A stretch of DNA of 64,000 nt from an uncultured Prolixibacteraceae bacterium (GTDB taxonomy: Bacteria > Bacteroidota > Bacteroidia > Bacteroidales > FEN-979): assembly GCA_964616825.1 (NCBI GenBank), contig CAZTSX010000007.1, positions 40,248 through 104,247 of the forward strand, in the 5' to 3' direction. Under the pieces are notes generated by a model. The model did not search any database. It had not been told where the DNA came from and worked only from the letters and a program-made list of their open reading frames with translations. Every line of letters starts with the position of its first letter. Position 1 is the stretch's first letter. Made by a program: the position numbers and the translations under genes. Below, piece after piece: positions 24,819-33,749 of this stretch.

Positions 24819-25430
24819 CTAAATCTTTTCAAGTTCAAACTCCAGTTCATAAGCAGGAAAAAGGTAACAAAGCCCCCCTTCATACCACTCCTGCATCAAC
24901 CGGCAAGAATTAAACAGCCAGGTTTGTATCTTTCGGAATACATTTTGGATTAAAAAAGGTGAGTAAAAGATAATTTTTATTTTTTTGATCTTGAAATCAA
25001 GTGAATTATAATGGGATGGGATTCTTCTTTTAAAGGGACTTTCCCGGGAAAAATAACACAAAGTATAGAGTCCAAAGGTTGTTTTATGGGTATAATCGCT
25101 GTAATAATAGGGATTGGAAAAATGAGGCACATGCCCCTTCATCACCCCTCCTTTTTTAAGAACCCGAAAAGACTCAGACATCAACAATTCAATGTTTGAT
25201 ACATGTTCAAGAAAGTGAGAAGAAAACACGACATCCGCACATTGATCAGGAAGGAATGGCAATCCATCTTCCAGATCACAAACGATATCCACACCTGGAA
25301 GATCTACCCTGTCTATGCCAATGGCATCGGGATTCTTTTTGTTCATTCCACACCCCAATTCAATCACTACCCTCTCCATCTTCAGTATCATCTCTAATAT
25401 TGCTGATTTGTCAGGATTTGTCATTATCAT
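24819..25430 (-). CDS. class I SAM-dependent methyltransferase
   Basis: VIELGCGMNKK (motif I) and VVFSSHFLEHV. Confidence 0.7.
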   Translation of the reverse strand: MIMTNPDKSAILEMILKMERVVIELGCGMNKKNPDAIGIDRVDLPGVDIVCDLEDGLPFLPDQCADVVFSSHFLEHVSNIELLMSESFRVLKKGGVMKGHVPHFSNPYYYSDYTHKTTFGLYTLCYFSRESPFKRRIPSHYNSLDFKIKKIKIIFYSPFLIQNVFRKIQTWLFNSCRLMQEWYEGGLCYLFPAYELEFELEKI

Positions 25431-26698
25431 CGCCGGATTGGTTTAGTGAGTGATAGTATCCACAGAATGACTCCGATCGAGTATATGCTCATCAGTACTG
25501 AAAGAATCGTAAATCCGATCAATATGTCCTGGAAAACTATCCCACCCAGACACATCGAAATTACCATAAATAAATTCCCCACAATAGATATATAAAACAT
25601 AGATCGTGTTTTGCGAAGTATCAATGGGATTTGTGCAATTGAATATCGAATGAAATCGAAGAACATCCAGGGAGCTAAAATCCGTGCATAGATTCCAGAC
25701 TCCCTCCAGGTCTCTCCGAAAATCATACCAAATAACCAGGGGCCAGCTATCACAAGAACCAATAAGACCGGCAGGGCTATCAATGAGCTGAGTTTAACAG
25801 TTTTCCATACAAGACCTTTGATCTGCCCGGTCGACCGGTATTGCTCTGAAGCATCTTTATACAAAACCTGTGATAAAGAGGAGCCAATCAGCATCAACGG
25901 AGCCTGAAGGACACGCATCGATAATGAGAACCAACCGATTATTGATGATGTAAAAAAAATTTGAGCCAGGTATACAATCCCGTAGGTTTGCACCATTTCA
26001 CCAATTGCCTGGGGTGAGTTTGATAAAGGCAAATCCCTGTGTCGCTTGGCAAGAGAAGAGAATAAAGAGAAGTTGATATTTTTTAGAGAAGCTCTATCAG
26101 AATATAAAAAAACGATCAGAAAAAACAATGCAAAAAGAAAGTACCCGATCATATATCCGCCAAGCAAACCCCAGACACCTGCTCCAATCAGACCTAAAAT
26201 AAGCATCCCGCCATTGTTCCCTGCCGAGTTTATCACCTTCCCGATTGCTAGTATTGGATATCTGCTTCCCCTGTTAAACCAATTTTGGAAAATATTTCCA
26301 ATTCCGATTAACAGCACAAGGAAAGGTAACAGGAACAACCATTGTTTCATCACCCCGGTCCCTAAGCTATCTGGTAAAAAAAGCGCCCCTGTGGTAACTA
26401 ACAGCAACAGGAAACAACAAATACAAAAACTTATGAGAAGAGAAAGGGACGCCATGTTAACGGCCTGTTTTTCATCTCTCTGAAGAATGATCGCCATCTC
26501 ATATCGCAACGTTGCTATGAGTGCAAATCCCCCTACAATGGAGATAAAAAAGGTGTAAATACCAAACTCAGAGGGTGTATAGAGGCGTGTTAGTATTGGC
26601 GCGATGATCAGTGTTATTGCTTGTCCTATACCTGCACCTACAACCAGTTTCAATGTGTTGGTTAGGAATTTGGATCGGTGAGCAAAGAGATCAATCAT
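25427..26698 (-). CDS. Wzx-like oligosaccharide flippase (MOP superfamily)
   Basis: 423 aa with about 12 predicted TM helices. It is the first gene of the glycosyltransferase string. Confidence 0.65.
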   Translation of the reverse strand: MIDLFAHRSKFLTNTLKLVVGAGIGQAITLIIAPILTRLYTPSEFGIYTFFISIVGGFALIATLRYEMAIILQRDEKQAVNMASLSLLISFCICCFLLLLVTTGALFLPDSLGTGVMKQWLFLLPFLVLLIGIGNIFQNWFNRGSRYPILAIGKVINSAGNNGGMLILGLIGAGVWGLLGGYMIGYFLFALFFLIVFLYSDRASLKNINFSLFSSLAKRHRDLPLSNSPQAIGEMVQTYGIVYLAQIFFTSSIIGWFSLSMRVLQAPLMLIGSSLSQVLYKDASEQYRSTGQIKGLVWKTVKLSSLIALPVLLVLVIAGPWLFGMIFGETWRESGIYARILAPWMFFDFIRYSIAQIPLILRKTRSMFYISIVGNLFMVISMCLGGIVFQDILIGFTILSVLMSIYSIGVILWILSLTKPIRR

Positions 26699-26725
26699 CC
26701 TGTGTCTTCAATTATTGTGGATTCC

Positions 26726-27790
26726 TTAATGGCTCCCGGGAAATTCCTTCAAAAAAAATGACCTCGGCCGTAATACCTTATCGAACGAGAAGTACTGAAT
26801 CAATACGAAATCCTCTCCATCATTAACGAGAGCCCAAAGCCTGTCAAGGTCATAAGGAATAATGTTCCCATCCATGTCAACATCCCCATACCCCTCTTTG
26901 AAATACGTTTTTACAGTGTTGCTGACTCCACTGGTATCCGTCAGTGTAATGATCATGAACGGACTGGATGACAGAATAGAGTCTTTTTTCAACGGATCCA
27001 TGTTGCTCTGGATGGATTCAAAATTCAGGTTACGAAAACCGGTAAGAAAGTTTAATGCCGCCAGGGTATCAAAATCAGGTATAGGTTGATTCTCCGGATA
27101 ACTGTATAGTGATATGGAGGTGTTTCCGTTGTTCGTGATAACAAATGACTCATTCTCTTTACCTGGGACCTCTACCTGAACAGCAGCGATTTCCGGCAGA
27201 CTCTTCCGGAACACCTTATAATCTCTCCATACATTCACCATTGGCATATAACGCGGGGAGACATACCCCCTGAATCCTGGGATAAAGGTGACAAATGGTG
27301 TGCTTGAATTCTCCATCAGCATATATGTTCCCCTGTTGTTCTGGGTGGCACCGCCAACATAATAGACTTTCGTCAGTTTCTCGTGAGGGAACCACCTGAT
27401 GGTGTTAAATAGATCAATCCGGTATACCTTCTGGTAGATCTCAACCTTCACTGAATTGACTGAGAGTTCCCTGATCACGCTGTTATGTGCAGCCAGTGAC
27501 ACAGGTTCTTTCACCGCCAATGTGTGCATCGTCTGCAAAAGCATATCGATGTTTTGTCTGGAGGCGGGATAGTTATTGTTGACAATCCATTGACCGTCTG
27601 CCTTCCGGGTAAGAGTTACAGTATTGTTGTTTTTATCAGCCATAAAGAGCTTGGTCACTGTTGCAGTGTCCTGTATAGCAAATTCGCTCAATGCACCCTG
27701 GAAGGTTTTATTCGATTGAGTAAAGATCAGGACGACAGCCACCAGGGCCAGGATAATGACGATGCTAATGATGATTCGGTTTTTCTTCAT
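26726..27790 (-). CDS. DUF4340-like protein associated with the GldG-type ABC accessory component
   Basis: N-terminal anchor KKNRIIISIVIILALVAVVLIF. It lies directly downstream of gldG with a 4-nt overlap, as is usual for DUF4340 genes. Confidence 0.5.
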   Translation of the reverse strand: MKKNRIIISIVIILALVAVVLIFTQSNKTFQGALSEFAIQDTATVTKLFMADKNNNTVTLTRKADGQWIVNNNYPASRQNIDMLLQTMHTLAVKEPVSLAAHNSVIRELSVNSVKVEIYQKVYRIDLFNTIRWFPHEKLTKVYYVGGATQNNRGTYMLMENSSTPFVTFIPGFRGYVSPRYMPMVNVWRDYKVFRKSLPEIAAVQVEVPGKENESFVITNNGNTSISLYSYPENQPIPDFDTLAALNFLTGFRNLNFESIQSNMDPLKKDSILSSSPFMIITLTDTSGVSNTVKTYFKEGYGDVDMDGNIIPYDLDRLWALVNDGEDFVLIQYFSFDKVLRPRSFFLKEFPGSH

Positions 27791-29526
27791 TTTTTTCTTG
27801 CATATTTTTGCTTACGTAGATAGAATTTAACCAGGCCAAAACCAGCAACCAGCAATATGGGTAATACGATGTTCAGAATCTGCCACAGGGTTCGCTGAGC
27901 AATCACTTTTGTGGGATCCAGCTGCCTCAATTGCAGTTCCCGTGACCGGATCGAAATCAGCCCGGAATCGTCGCAAAGGTAGTTCATGATGTTCAGTAAC
28001 AGATCCTTGTTCCCGAATGTTTGTCCCGTATATTGGTCAAAACCCAGGGGAAGGGGATACTTCTGTGTGATATGAAACTGGTTCCTGGCGATATCTCCAT
28101 CGGCAATGACAACCATTCGGTTAGGTTTGCTTTTCTTCCGAAATCCCAATTCCCGGTTCTGTTCTATCTCAGGAGGTAACCGAAAGAGATATGCGGAGGA
28201 GAATTCACCCTCAAGCAGCACGGCAAGATGCTGAGGTCCACTGCTGTACATTCGCGGATCAGGTTCTTCGCGAAGAATCTCCAGGTCGATTAAGGCGGGC
28301 GCATTCACGGTTCTGGAATAGGGTGATGAAGCCAGCAGGATTACTTTCTCTACGCCTTTTGCCTCCACCGTATCAATACTGCTGATAAACTCGGTCTTGA
28401 TCGCATTCAGTCCGTTGACAATCGGATGTTTTGATGCCGGGGTTGCCAGGGGGAAAAAGTACCACTCGAAAAAATCAAACCGTGGCTGGGATCCCATCTG
28501 ACCTGTTTTGATAGGAATTGGAAGTGCATTCAGATCCACCACCAGGTTCTTGTTCAACCTGACTCCATAATTGAAAAGCATATCGTCGAGATTGATGTCG
28601 TTGGTTAATCCGATGGTAGAACCAAATTCCTGAAGGCTGTCCATCTTAGCAAATACCGGATCAATCATCCACAATATCCGTCCACCCCGCATGATAAACT
28701 GGTCGATCAGAAACTTGTCCTTCTCGGTAAATGGCCTCTCGGGACCTGCAATAATTAATGCTTTATATTTATTCACCAAGGGCGACCCGGAAGAGTCAGT
28801 CTTCAGTCTCACCGTCAGGCTGTTGATCTGGCTATTGATATTGATCCTTTCAACATTGTAATACTCGGAGAGCGCTTCTTCAAAATAGATCATTTCAGGT
28901 TGTGATAATTCCCCTTGTCCTTCCAGGATCGCTACGCGTGGCTTGGTTGTATTGATCAACTTATCAATCGCGTTACTCAGGTTATATTCAAGCGTCTGGA
29001 TCGAGTTGTTCAAAACCTTTTCCGGATCCTGCCCCAGCTGTGTCATCAGTAACTGGACCGGAACCTCACGGCCCCGGTAAACTACAATAGTTCCCGGAAA
29101 AATAATAAGCTGAGAAGATTCCCCTTTACTGGAAATCCTGAGATCAGTTGGTTGAAGACCCTGCTCAGAAAGAAGCCGGTAGGTGTCGTTCCGCTCCTTC
29201 GTATTGGGACTGGCTGAAGGATTGATAAACTCAAAGTGGATGTGATCGCTGTAAGCTCTGAATTCATTGAGCATCTCCCGTGTTTCGTTAGCCAAACGGC
29301 GAAAACCCGGAGGCAAGTCTCCATCCAGATAGACTCGAAAGAAGACATCGTCGTCAAGATTTTTCAGCATATTTTTGGTGACGAGCGAGAGGGTGTACCG
29401 TTTTTCAGCTGTCAGGTCAATCCTCGTAAACACAAAAGAACCTATAATATTGATCAGAATGATGATCACAAGTGCCAGGATCACCTGAAAAATATTGTTG
29501 CGTTTTATGTTCTTCTTACGATTCAC
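27787..29526 (-). CDS. gldG: gliding-motility-associated ABC transporter accessory protein GldG
   Basis: GTG start. RIDLTAEKRYTLS near the N-terminal TM helix, a C-terminal TM helix, and position after gldF. Confidence 0.75.
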   Translation of the reverse strand: MNRKKNIKRNNIFQVILALVIIILINIIGSFVFTRIDLTAEKRYTLSLVTKNMLKNLDDDVFFRVYLDGDLPPGFRRLANETREMLNEFRAYSDHIHFEFINPSASPNTKERNDTYRLLSEQGLQPTDLRISSKGESSQLIIFPGTIVVYRGREVPVQLLMTQLGQDPEKVLNNSIQTLEYNLSNAIDKLINTTKPRVAILEGQGELSQPEMIYFEEALSEYYNVERININSQINSLTVRLKTDSSGSPLVNKYKALIIAGPERPFTEKDKFLIDQFIMRGGRILWMIDPVFAKMDSLQEFGSTIGLTNDINLDDMLFNYGVRLNKNLVVDLNALPIPIKTGQMGSQPRFDFFEWYFFPLATPASKHPIVNGLNAIKTEFISSIDTVEAKGVEKVILLASSPYSRTVNAPALIDLEILREEPDPRMYSSGPQHLAVLLEGEFSSAYLFRLPPEIEQNRELGFRKKSKPNRMVVIADGDIARNQFHITQKYPLPLGFDQYTGQTFGNKDLLLNIMNYLCDDSGLISIRSRELQLRQLDPTKVIAQRTLWQILNIVLPILLVAGFGLVKFYLRKQKYARKK

Positions 29527-29599
29527 GTTTCACATTTCGCTTTGCTTCGTCACTACGTTCCTCGCAATGACATTTTTCGCTTTTCGCTACCTCACTACC
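29520..29599. repeat. degenerate ~7-nt periodic array (TTCAC/TTCGC cores) filling the gldF-gldG spacer
   Basis: Reads gattcac gtttcac atttcgc tttgctt cgtcact acgttcc tcgcaat gacattt ttcgctt ttcgcta cctcact. G-poor on the plus strand. Confidence 0.6.
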
Positions 29600-30331
29600 T
29601 TACCACTTCCTGCTCTCCAGCCTCAACTTTGTCAGGATGATAAACAACGCCATCACACTAACGAAATAGATCAGATCACGGGTATCGATCACACCCCTAC
29701 TCATCGAAGAGTAATGTGCATTTAATCCGAGTGATTGAATCAGCAATCCTACACTGCCTGAAAGGATGAATGTGTAGATAAACTCAAATCCTATATAGAA
29801 AAAGAAGCTGAGAAAGATCGCTATTATGAATGATACAATCTGGTTATCAGACAGCGAGGAGGAGAATATCCCAATCGAAACAAAGGCCCCGCCGAGCATG
29901 ATCAATCCGATATATGATCCCCAGATACTTCCCAGGTCAAGGTTTCCCTGGGGTAAGCCCAGCCGGTAAACGGTATAAACATATATTAATGTGGGTATAA
30001 GTGAGAAGATTACCAGTACGATACCGGCAAAGAATTTCGCCAGGATCACCTGTAAATCGGTAAGCGGTTGAGTCATCAGTAATTCCAGGGTGCCACTCCT
30101 CTTTTCATCGGCAAAGGATCGCATTGTGATGGCTGGGATCAGAAAGAGAAAGATGAAAGGACCCAGGATGAAAAGCCCGTCAACATTGGCATACCCGAAA
30201 TCGAAAATATTAAACTGTAACGGAAAAACCCAAAGGAATAATCCTATGATCAACAGAAAGACCACGATCACAATGTACCCGATCAGCGAGTTCAGAAATC
30301 CGTTGAGTTCTTTTTTGAAAAGGGTATACAT
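29600..30331 (-). CDS. gldF: gliding-motility-associated ABC transporter permease GldF
   Basis: MYTLFKKELNGFLNSLIGYIVIVVFLLIIGLFLWVFP...FLFLIPAITMRSFADEKRSGTLELLMTQP is the typical GldF N-terminus. Confidence 0.8.
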   Translation of the reverse strand: MYTLFKKELNGFLNSLIGYIVIVVFLLIIGLFLWVFPLQFNIFDFGYANVDGLFILGPFIFLFLIPAITMRSFADEKRSGTLELLMTQPLTDLQVILAKFFAGIVLVIFSLIPTLIYVYTVYRLGLPQGNLDLGSIWGSYIGLIMLGGAFVSIGIFSSSLSDNQIVSFIIAIFLSFFFYIGFEFIYTFILSGSVGLLIQSLGLNAHYSSMSRGVIDTRDLIYFVSVMALFIILTKLRLESRKW

Positions 30332-30352
30332 GCAGCTTCCTTAGTGAACCTG

Positions 30353-30360
30353 CAAATTTA
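30353..30360 (-). promoter_or_regulatory. candidate -7 promoter box (TAAATTTG) upstream of gldF
   Basis: Plus-strand caaattta, 22 nt upstream of the ATG at 30331. Confidence 0.4.
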
Positions 30361-30388
30361 AGATTTTATTTGGATGCCGGAGGCCGGA

Positions 30389-31168
30389 TCATTCTACTTC
30401 AATAAGAACGGAGGTATCCGGCTTGAGTCCCAGCAGGCTGCTTGCATTGCCCTGGTTAATAGCGATTTCAAGATACCCGCTTGTACTGAAGAGCGCCAGC
30501 ATCTCTCCTTCGTGTTCGTCCTGGTAAGATTTGCTGATTTCCCGGATCTGGTATGTGGGTGACCGGAAGGTGATCACAAATTTCCGGTTGTTAACAGTCG
30601 CTTTGAACACCGATTCGGTGATATTTGTGAACGCATTCCCATAATGATCTACATAAATCACTTTTCCTTTGATCTGGCCATCGCGGATCACCGGCTGGAA
30701 AGCCATCTTTGTCAGCACCTTTTTTTTAGCCGAACCCAGTTCATCAATTGGTTTCCCTTCTATGATATGACACGCAGCTTTCACAAAGAGATCACGCGTG
30801 GAGAATGTGAAGTAATCGGAATCCTGAATGATATCCAGTTCAACGATCTTTTCCGGTTTTTCATCAAAGATGAGAGAGAAGATACCATTATCAGCTCCGA
30901 TAAAATAGTGCCCATTGTGAAACACAACGGTATGCGGACTTTCAATAGAGGCTTCGGTATTAACGCCTATGATATGGACAGTCCCTTCAGGGAAGCTGCG
31001 GTAAAAATTTCGAATGATGAACGCAGCCTGGTTGAGGTCGAACGGGGGAATGTCGTGGGAGACATCGACAATTACAGCCTCAGGGATCTGGCTGAGAATC
31101 GCCCCTTTTACAGCTCCCTGATAGTGATCTTTCAATCCCCAGTCACTTGTCAGTGTGATGACAGACAT
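30389..31168 (-). CDS. SAM hydrolase / SAM hydroxide adenosyltransferase family protein (DUF62)
   Basis: MSVITLTSDWGLKDHYQGAVKGAILS...DVSHDIPPFD. I chose Met16 of the tracked ORF as the start because the homology begins there. Confidence 0.7.
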   Translation of the reverse strand: MSVITLTSDWGLKDHYQGAVKGAILSQIPEAVIVDVSHDIPPFDLNQAAFIIRNFYRSFPEGTVHIIGVNTEASIESPHTVVFHNGHYFIGADNGIFSLIFDEKPEKIVELDIIQDSDYFTFSTRDLFVKAACHIIEGKPIDELGSAKKKVLTKMAFQPVIRDGQIKGKVIYVDHYGNAFTNITESVFKATVNNRKFVITFRSPTYQIREISKSYQDEHEGEMLALFSTSGYLEIAINQGNASSLLGLKPDTSVLIEVE

Positions 31169-31179
31169 TGAATAATTCG

Positions 31180-31187
31180 TACTTTTG
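31180..31187 (+). promoter_or_regulatory. candidate -7 promoter box (TACTTTTG) upstream of phoH
   Basis: 25 nt upstream of the ATG at 31213, inside a 44-nt divergent spacer. Confidence 0.4.
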
Positions 31188-31212
31188 TGAATCAAAGGTA
31201 TATATTTTTTCA

Positions 31213-32154
31213 ATGAGCGAGAAAATAATCCGGATTGAGTCGGTTGACCCCTTAGAGATTTTTGGCATCAATGATCAGAACCTTGAGGAGGTACGAAACT
31301 TCTACCCGAAACTGAAAATCGTCGCCAGAGACAATGAAGTCAAGGCTATTGGCGAAAAGTCCATTCTCCTGGATTTCGAGGAGAAATTCACAACTTTAAT
31401 TCTCCATCACGAAAACTTCGGAAGGCTGACAAAAGCGGATATTTCATACCTGCTGAGTGCTGATAATGGAGATAAACCTTTGCAGAAGGAGGGGCATCAC
31501 AAGGAGGTGCTTATCCACGGGCGAAATGGGTTGCTGATACGGGCCCGGACTCCCAACCAGCAAAAGATGGTTGAGGCTGTTGATCAAAATGACCTGATGA
31601 TTGCCATTGGTCCGGCCGGAACAGGAAAGACATATACGGCAGTAGCTCTGGCTGTAAGAGCGTTGAAGAACAAAGAGGTGAAGCGTATCATTCTTACACG
31701 TCCAGCTGTGGAGGCCGGAGAAAACCTCGGATTCCTGCCGGGTGACCTGAAAGAGAAACTGGACCCTTATTTACAACCTCTGTACGACGCACTTCGAGAT
31801 ATGCTCCCTACACAAAAGCTTCTCGCATTCCTGGAAGATGGAACAATTGAAGTGGCTCCTCTTGCTTTCATGCGAGGCCGAACCCTGAACAATGCATTCG
31901 CTATCCTCGATGAAGCTCAGAATACAACCCCCGGCCAGTTAAAGATGTTCCTGACACGGATGGGAGCTTCCGCCAAATTCATCGTCACCGGCGACATCAC
32001 CCAGATTGATCTGCCGGAGAAACAGGTATCCGGCCTGATCCAGTCACAAAGCCTGTTGAAAGATATCCCCGGTATCTCTTTCGTCTATCTCGATGAAAAA
32101 GACATCATCCGGCATAAGCTGGTAAGCCGGATCATCAATGCATATGGAAAATGA
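31213..32154 (+). CDS. phoH: PhoH-family ATPase
   Basis: Walker A IGPAGTGKTYTAVALAV, plus ILDEAQN and GDITQIDL. Confidence 0.9.
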   Translation: MSEKIIRIESVDPLEIFGINDQNLEEVRNFYPKLKIVARDNEVKAIGEKSILLDFEEKFTTLILHHENFGRLTKADISYLLSADNGDKPLQKEGHHKEVLIHGRNGLLIRARTPNQQKMVEAVDQNDLMIAIGPAGTGKTYTAVALAVRALKNKEVKRIILTRPAVEAGENLGFLPGDLKEKLDPYLQPLYDALRDMLPTQKLLAFLEDGTIEVAPLAFMRGRTLNNAFAILDEAQNTTPGQLKMFLTRMGASAKFIVTGDITQIDLPEKQVSGLIQSQSLLKDIPGISFVYLDEKDIIRHKLVSRIINAYGK

Positions 32155-32272
32155 TGGTGATGTGGTGATGTGGTGGTATGGTGGTGTGGTGGTATGGTGG
32201 TATGGTGGTATGGTGGTGTGGTGGTATGGTGGTGTGATGGTGCAATGGTGCGATGGTGCAGTGGTGCAGTGG
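32153..32272. repeat. tandem array, exactly 15 x 8 nt (TRTGGTGG drifting to TGCAGTGG)
   Basis: The units were read in register from the phoH stop codon to 5 nt before the four-helix-bundle stop. The first 88 nt contain no C. Confidence 0.95.
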
Positions 32273-32276
32273 TGAG

Positions 32277-32642
32277 TTATTTTTTTAGACTTTTCCGGGT
32301 TTTAGCGAGAACCATTAGAATCCTAAGTGTTTCTTCTTTTAATGGATAAATTGCCTTCTGATCAATCCATCCAGTCTCTTCAATCATCTCTAACCAAAAA
32401 AGGGTTTCATCACATTCCTCAACAACAATACACAACTTTGCATAATGCTCTGCTTTGGATCTGGCCCGGCAAGATGCCCGGAAGTTTGCAGCTACTGAGC
32501 TACTACTACGAATAATTTGTTTCCCGATAATCCGCAACTCTTCTCGATTTTTCATTTTAGCATATAACTTAATAACGTTAATGGCCATCTGCTTTGTTCT
32601 TTTTCTGAACTCATCATTAAACGATTCTCTTACTTGTTCCAT
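32277..32642 (-). CDS. four-helix-bundle protein (23S rRNA intervening-sequence protein family)
   Basis: IIRSSSSVAANFRASCRARSKAEHYAKLCIVVEECDETLFWLEM is typical of the family. Confidence 0.8.
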   Translation of the reverse strand: MEQVRESFNDEFRKRTKQMAINVIKLYAKMKNREELRIIGKQIIRSSSSVAANFRASCRARSKAEHYAKLCIVVEECDETLFWLEMIEETGWIDQKAIYPLKEETLRILMVLAKTRKSLKK

Positions 32643-32651
32643 GGCTTTTCT

Positions 32652-32689
32652 TTATTAATCCGGAAAAAAACAAAAGGTTATATATTCGG
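32652..32689 (-). repeat. copy b of the conserved motif
   Basis: The reverse complement reads ccgaatATATAACCTTTTGtttttttCCGGATTAATaa. It ends 9 nt upstream of the ATG at 32642. Confidence 0.8.
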
Positions 32690-32714
32690 TATAAAAAAAT
32701 CAATATTAGTTTTT

Positions 32715-32745
32715 CACCATGGCTCCATGGCACCACGGCACCATT
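32715..32745. repeat. tandem array, 4 x 8 nt (CACCAYGG), the inverse complement of the 32244-32274 units
   Basis: Reads caccatgg ctccatgg caccacgg caccatt. Confidence 0.8.
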
Positions 32746-32784
32746 AAAATATATATCTTTGCGAAAACAAAATAGCAGACCAAA

Positions 32785-33735
32785 ATGCAGAACGTAATCC
32801 TCAAAACCGAATTCGATTTTCCCGGGCAAAAGAGCCTCTATAAAGGAAAAGTTCGTGACGTATATAACATTAACGACAAATACCTGGTGATGGTCACCTC
32901 AGACAGGATCAGTGCCTTTGACGTGGTCCTTCCAAAAGCGATCCCTTATAAAGGGCAGGTGTTGAACCAGATAGCGGTGAAATTTCTTGATGCTACGGCT
33001 GATATTTGTCCCAACTGGAAGATAGACAGCCCTGATCCCAGCGTTTCGATCGGGAAGTTTTGTACTCCTTTCCCAGTGGAGATGATCATTCGGGGTTACC
33101 TGACCGGAAGTTCATGGCGCTCATATAAAAAAGGAGCCAGGGAGATTTGCGGAGTACCTGTCCCGGAAGGAATGAAAGAGCACGAGCGCTTTCCCAAACC
33201 CATTGTAACACCCACTACCAAAGCTACGATAGGGCACGATGAAGATATCTCCAAAGAGGAAATCATCAGCCAGGGATTGGTTTCAAAGGAGGATTATGAC
33301 CTGTTGGAGAAGTATACCACCGATCTCTTCAGGCGTGGCACCGAAATGGCTAAAAAGAAAGGATTGATCCTGGTAGATACGAAATATGAGTTTGGCAAAG
33401 GTGATGATGGGAGAATCTATCTGATCGATGAGATCCATACGCCCGATTCCTCTCGTTATTTTTACCTTGATGGATACGAAGAGCGACAGGCGAAAGGCGA
33501 ACAGCAAAAGCAACTTTCGAAGGAGTTCGTAAGGGAGTGGCTTATAGATCAAGGCTTTATGGGACATGAAGGGCAACAAGTACCAGAAATGACCGATGAA
33601 TTCATTCAACAGGTATCCGATCGCTACATTGAACTCTATGAAATGATCACTGGTGAGAAGTTTGTAAAAACGGATACGACAGAAGTTATCAAACGCGTTG
33701 AACAGAATATTTTCAACTGGTTATCAACACATTGA
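32785..33735 (+). CDS. purC: phosphoribosylaminoimidazole-succinocarboxamide (SAICAR) synthase
   Basis: YKGKVRDVY and TSDRISAFD motifs. At 316 aa it is the long form common in Bacteroidota. Confidence 0.9.
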   Translation: MQNVILKTEFDFPGQKSLYKGKVRDVYNINDKYLVMVTSDRISAFDVVLPKAIPYKGQVLNQIAVKFLDATADICPNWKIDSPDPSVSIGKFCTPFPVEMIIRGYLTGSSWRSYKKGAREICGVPVPEGMKEHERFPKPIVTPTTKATIGHDEDISKEEIISQGLVSKEDYDLLEKYTTDLFRRGTEMAKKKGLILVDTKYEFGKGDDGRIYLIDEIHTPDSSRYFYLDGYEERQAKGEQQKQLSKEFVREWLIDQGFMGHEGQQVPEMTDEFIQQVSDRYIELYEMITGEKFVKTDTTEVIKRVEQNIFNWLSTH

Positions 33736-33749
33736 CAAATAGAACGCGG

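Noticed and set aside
32153-32272. The tandem arrays (this one and the others listed) as CRISPR arrays
   Set aside because: The units are only 7-8 nt and directly abut each other with no unique spacers. No cas genes or leader-like sequence are present in the window.
32153-32272. GGTGG-rich octamers as clustered Chi-like recombination hotspots (E. coli Chi is GCTGGTGG)
   Set aside because: The exact octamer is not present. The Chi sequence of this lineage is unknown to me. Other arrays of the same class have completely different units (CYAACAT, AATTCGN, ATCCAGTT), so a sequence-specific Chi role cannot explain the class.
32617-32829. 70-aa minus-strand ORF spanning the four-helix-bundle upstream region and the purC start
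   Set aside because: It covers the conserved motif, the CACCAYGG array and the first codons of purC, and nothing supports it as coding.
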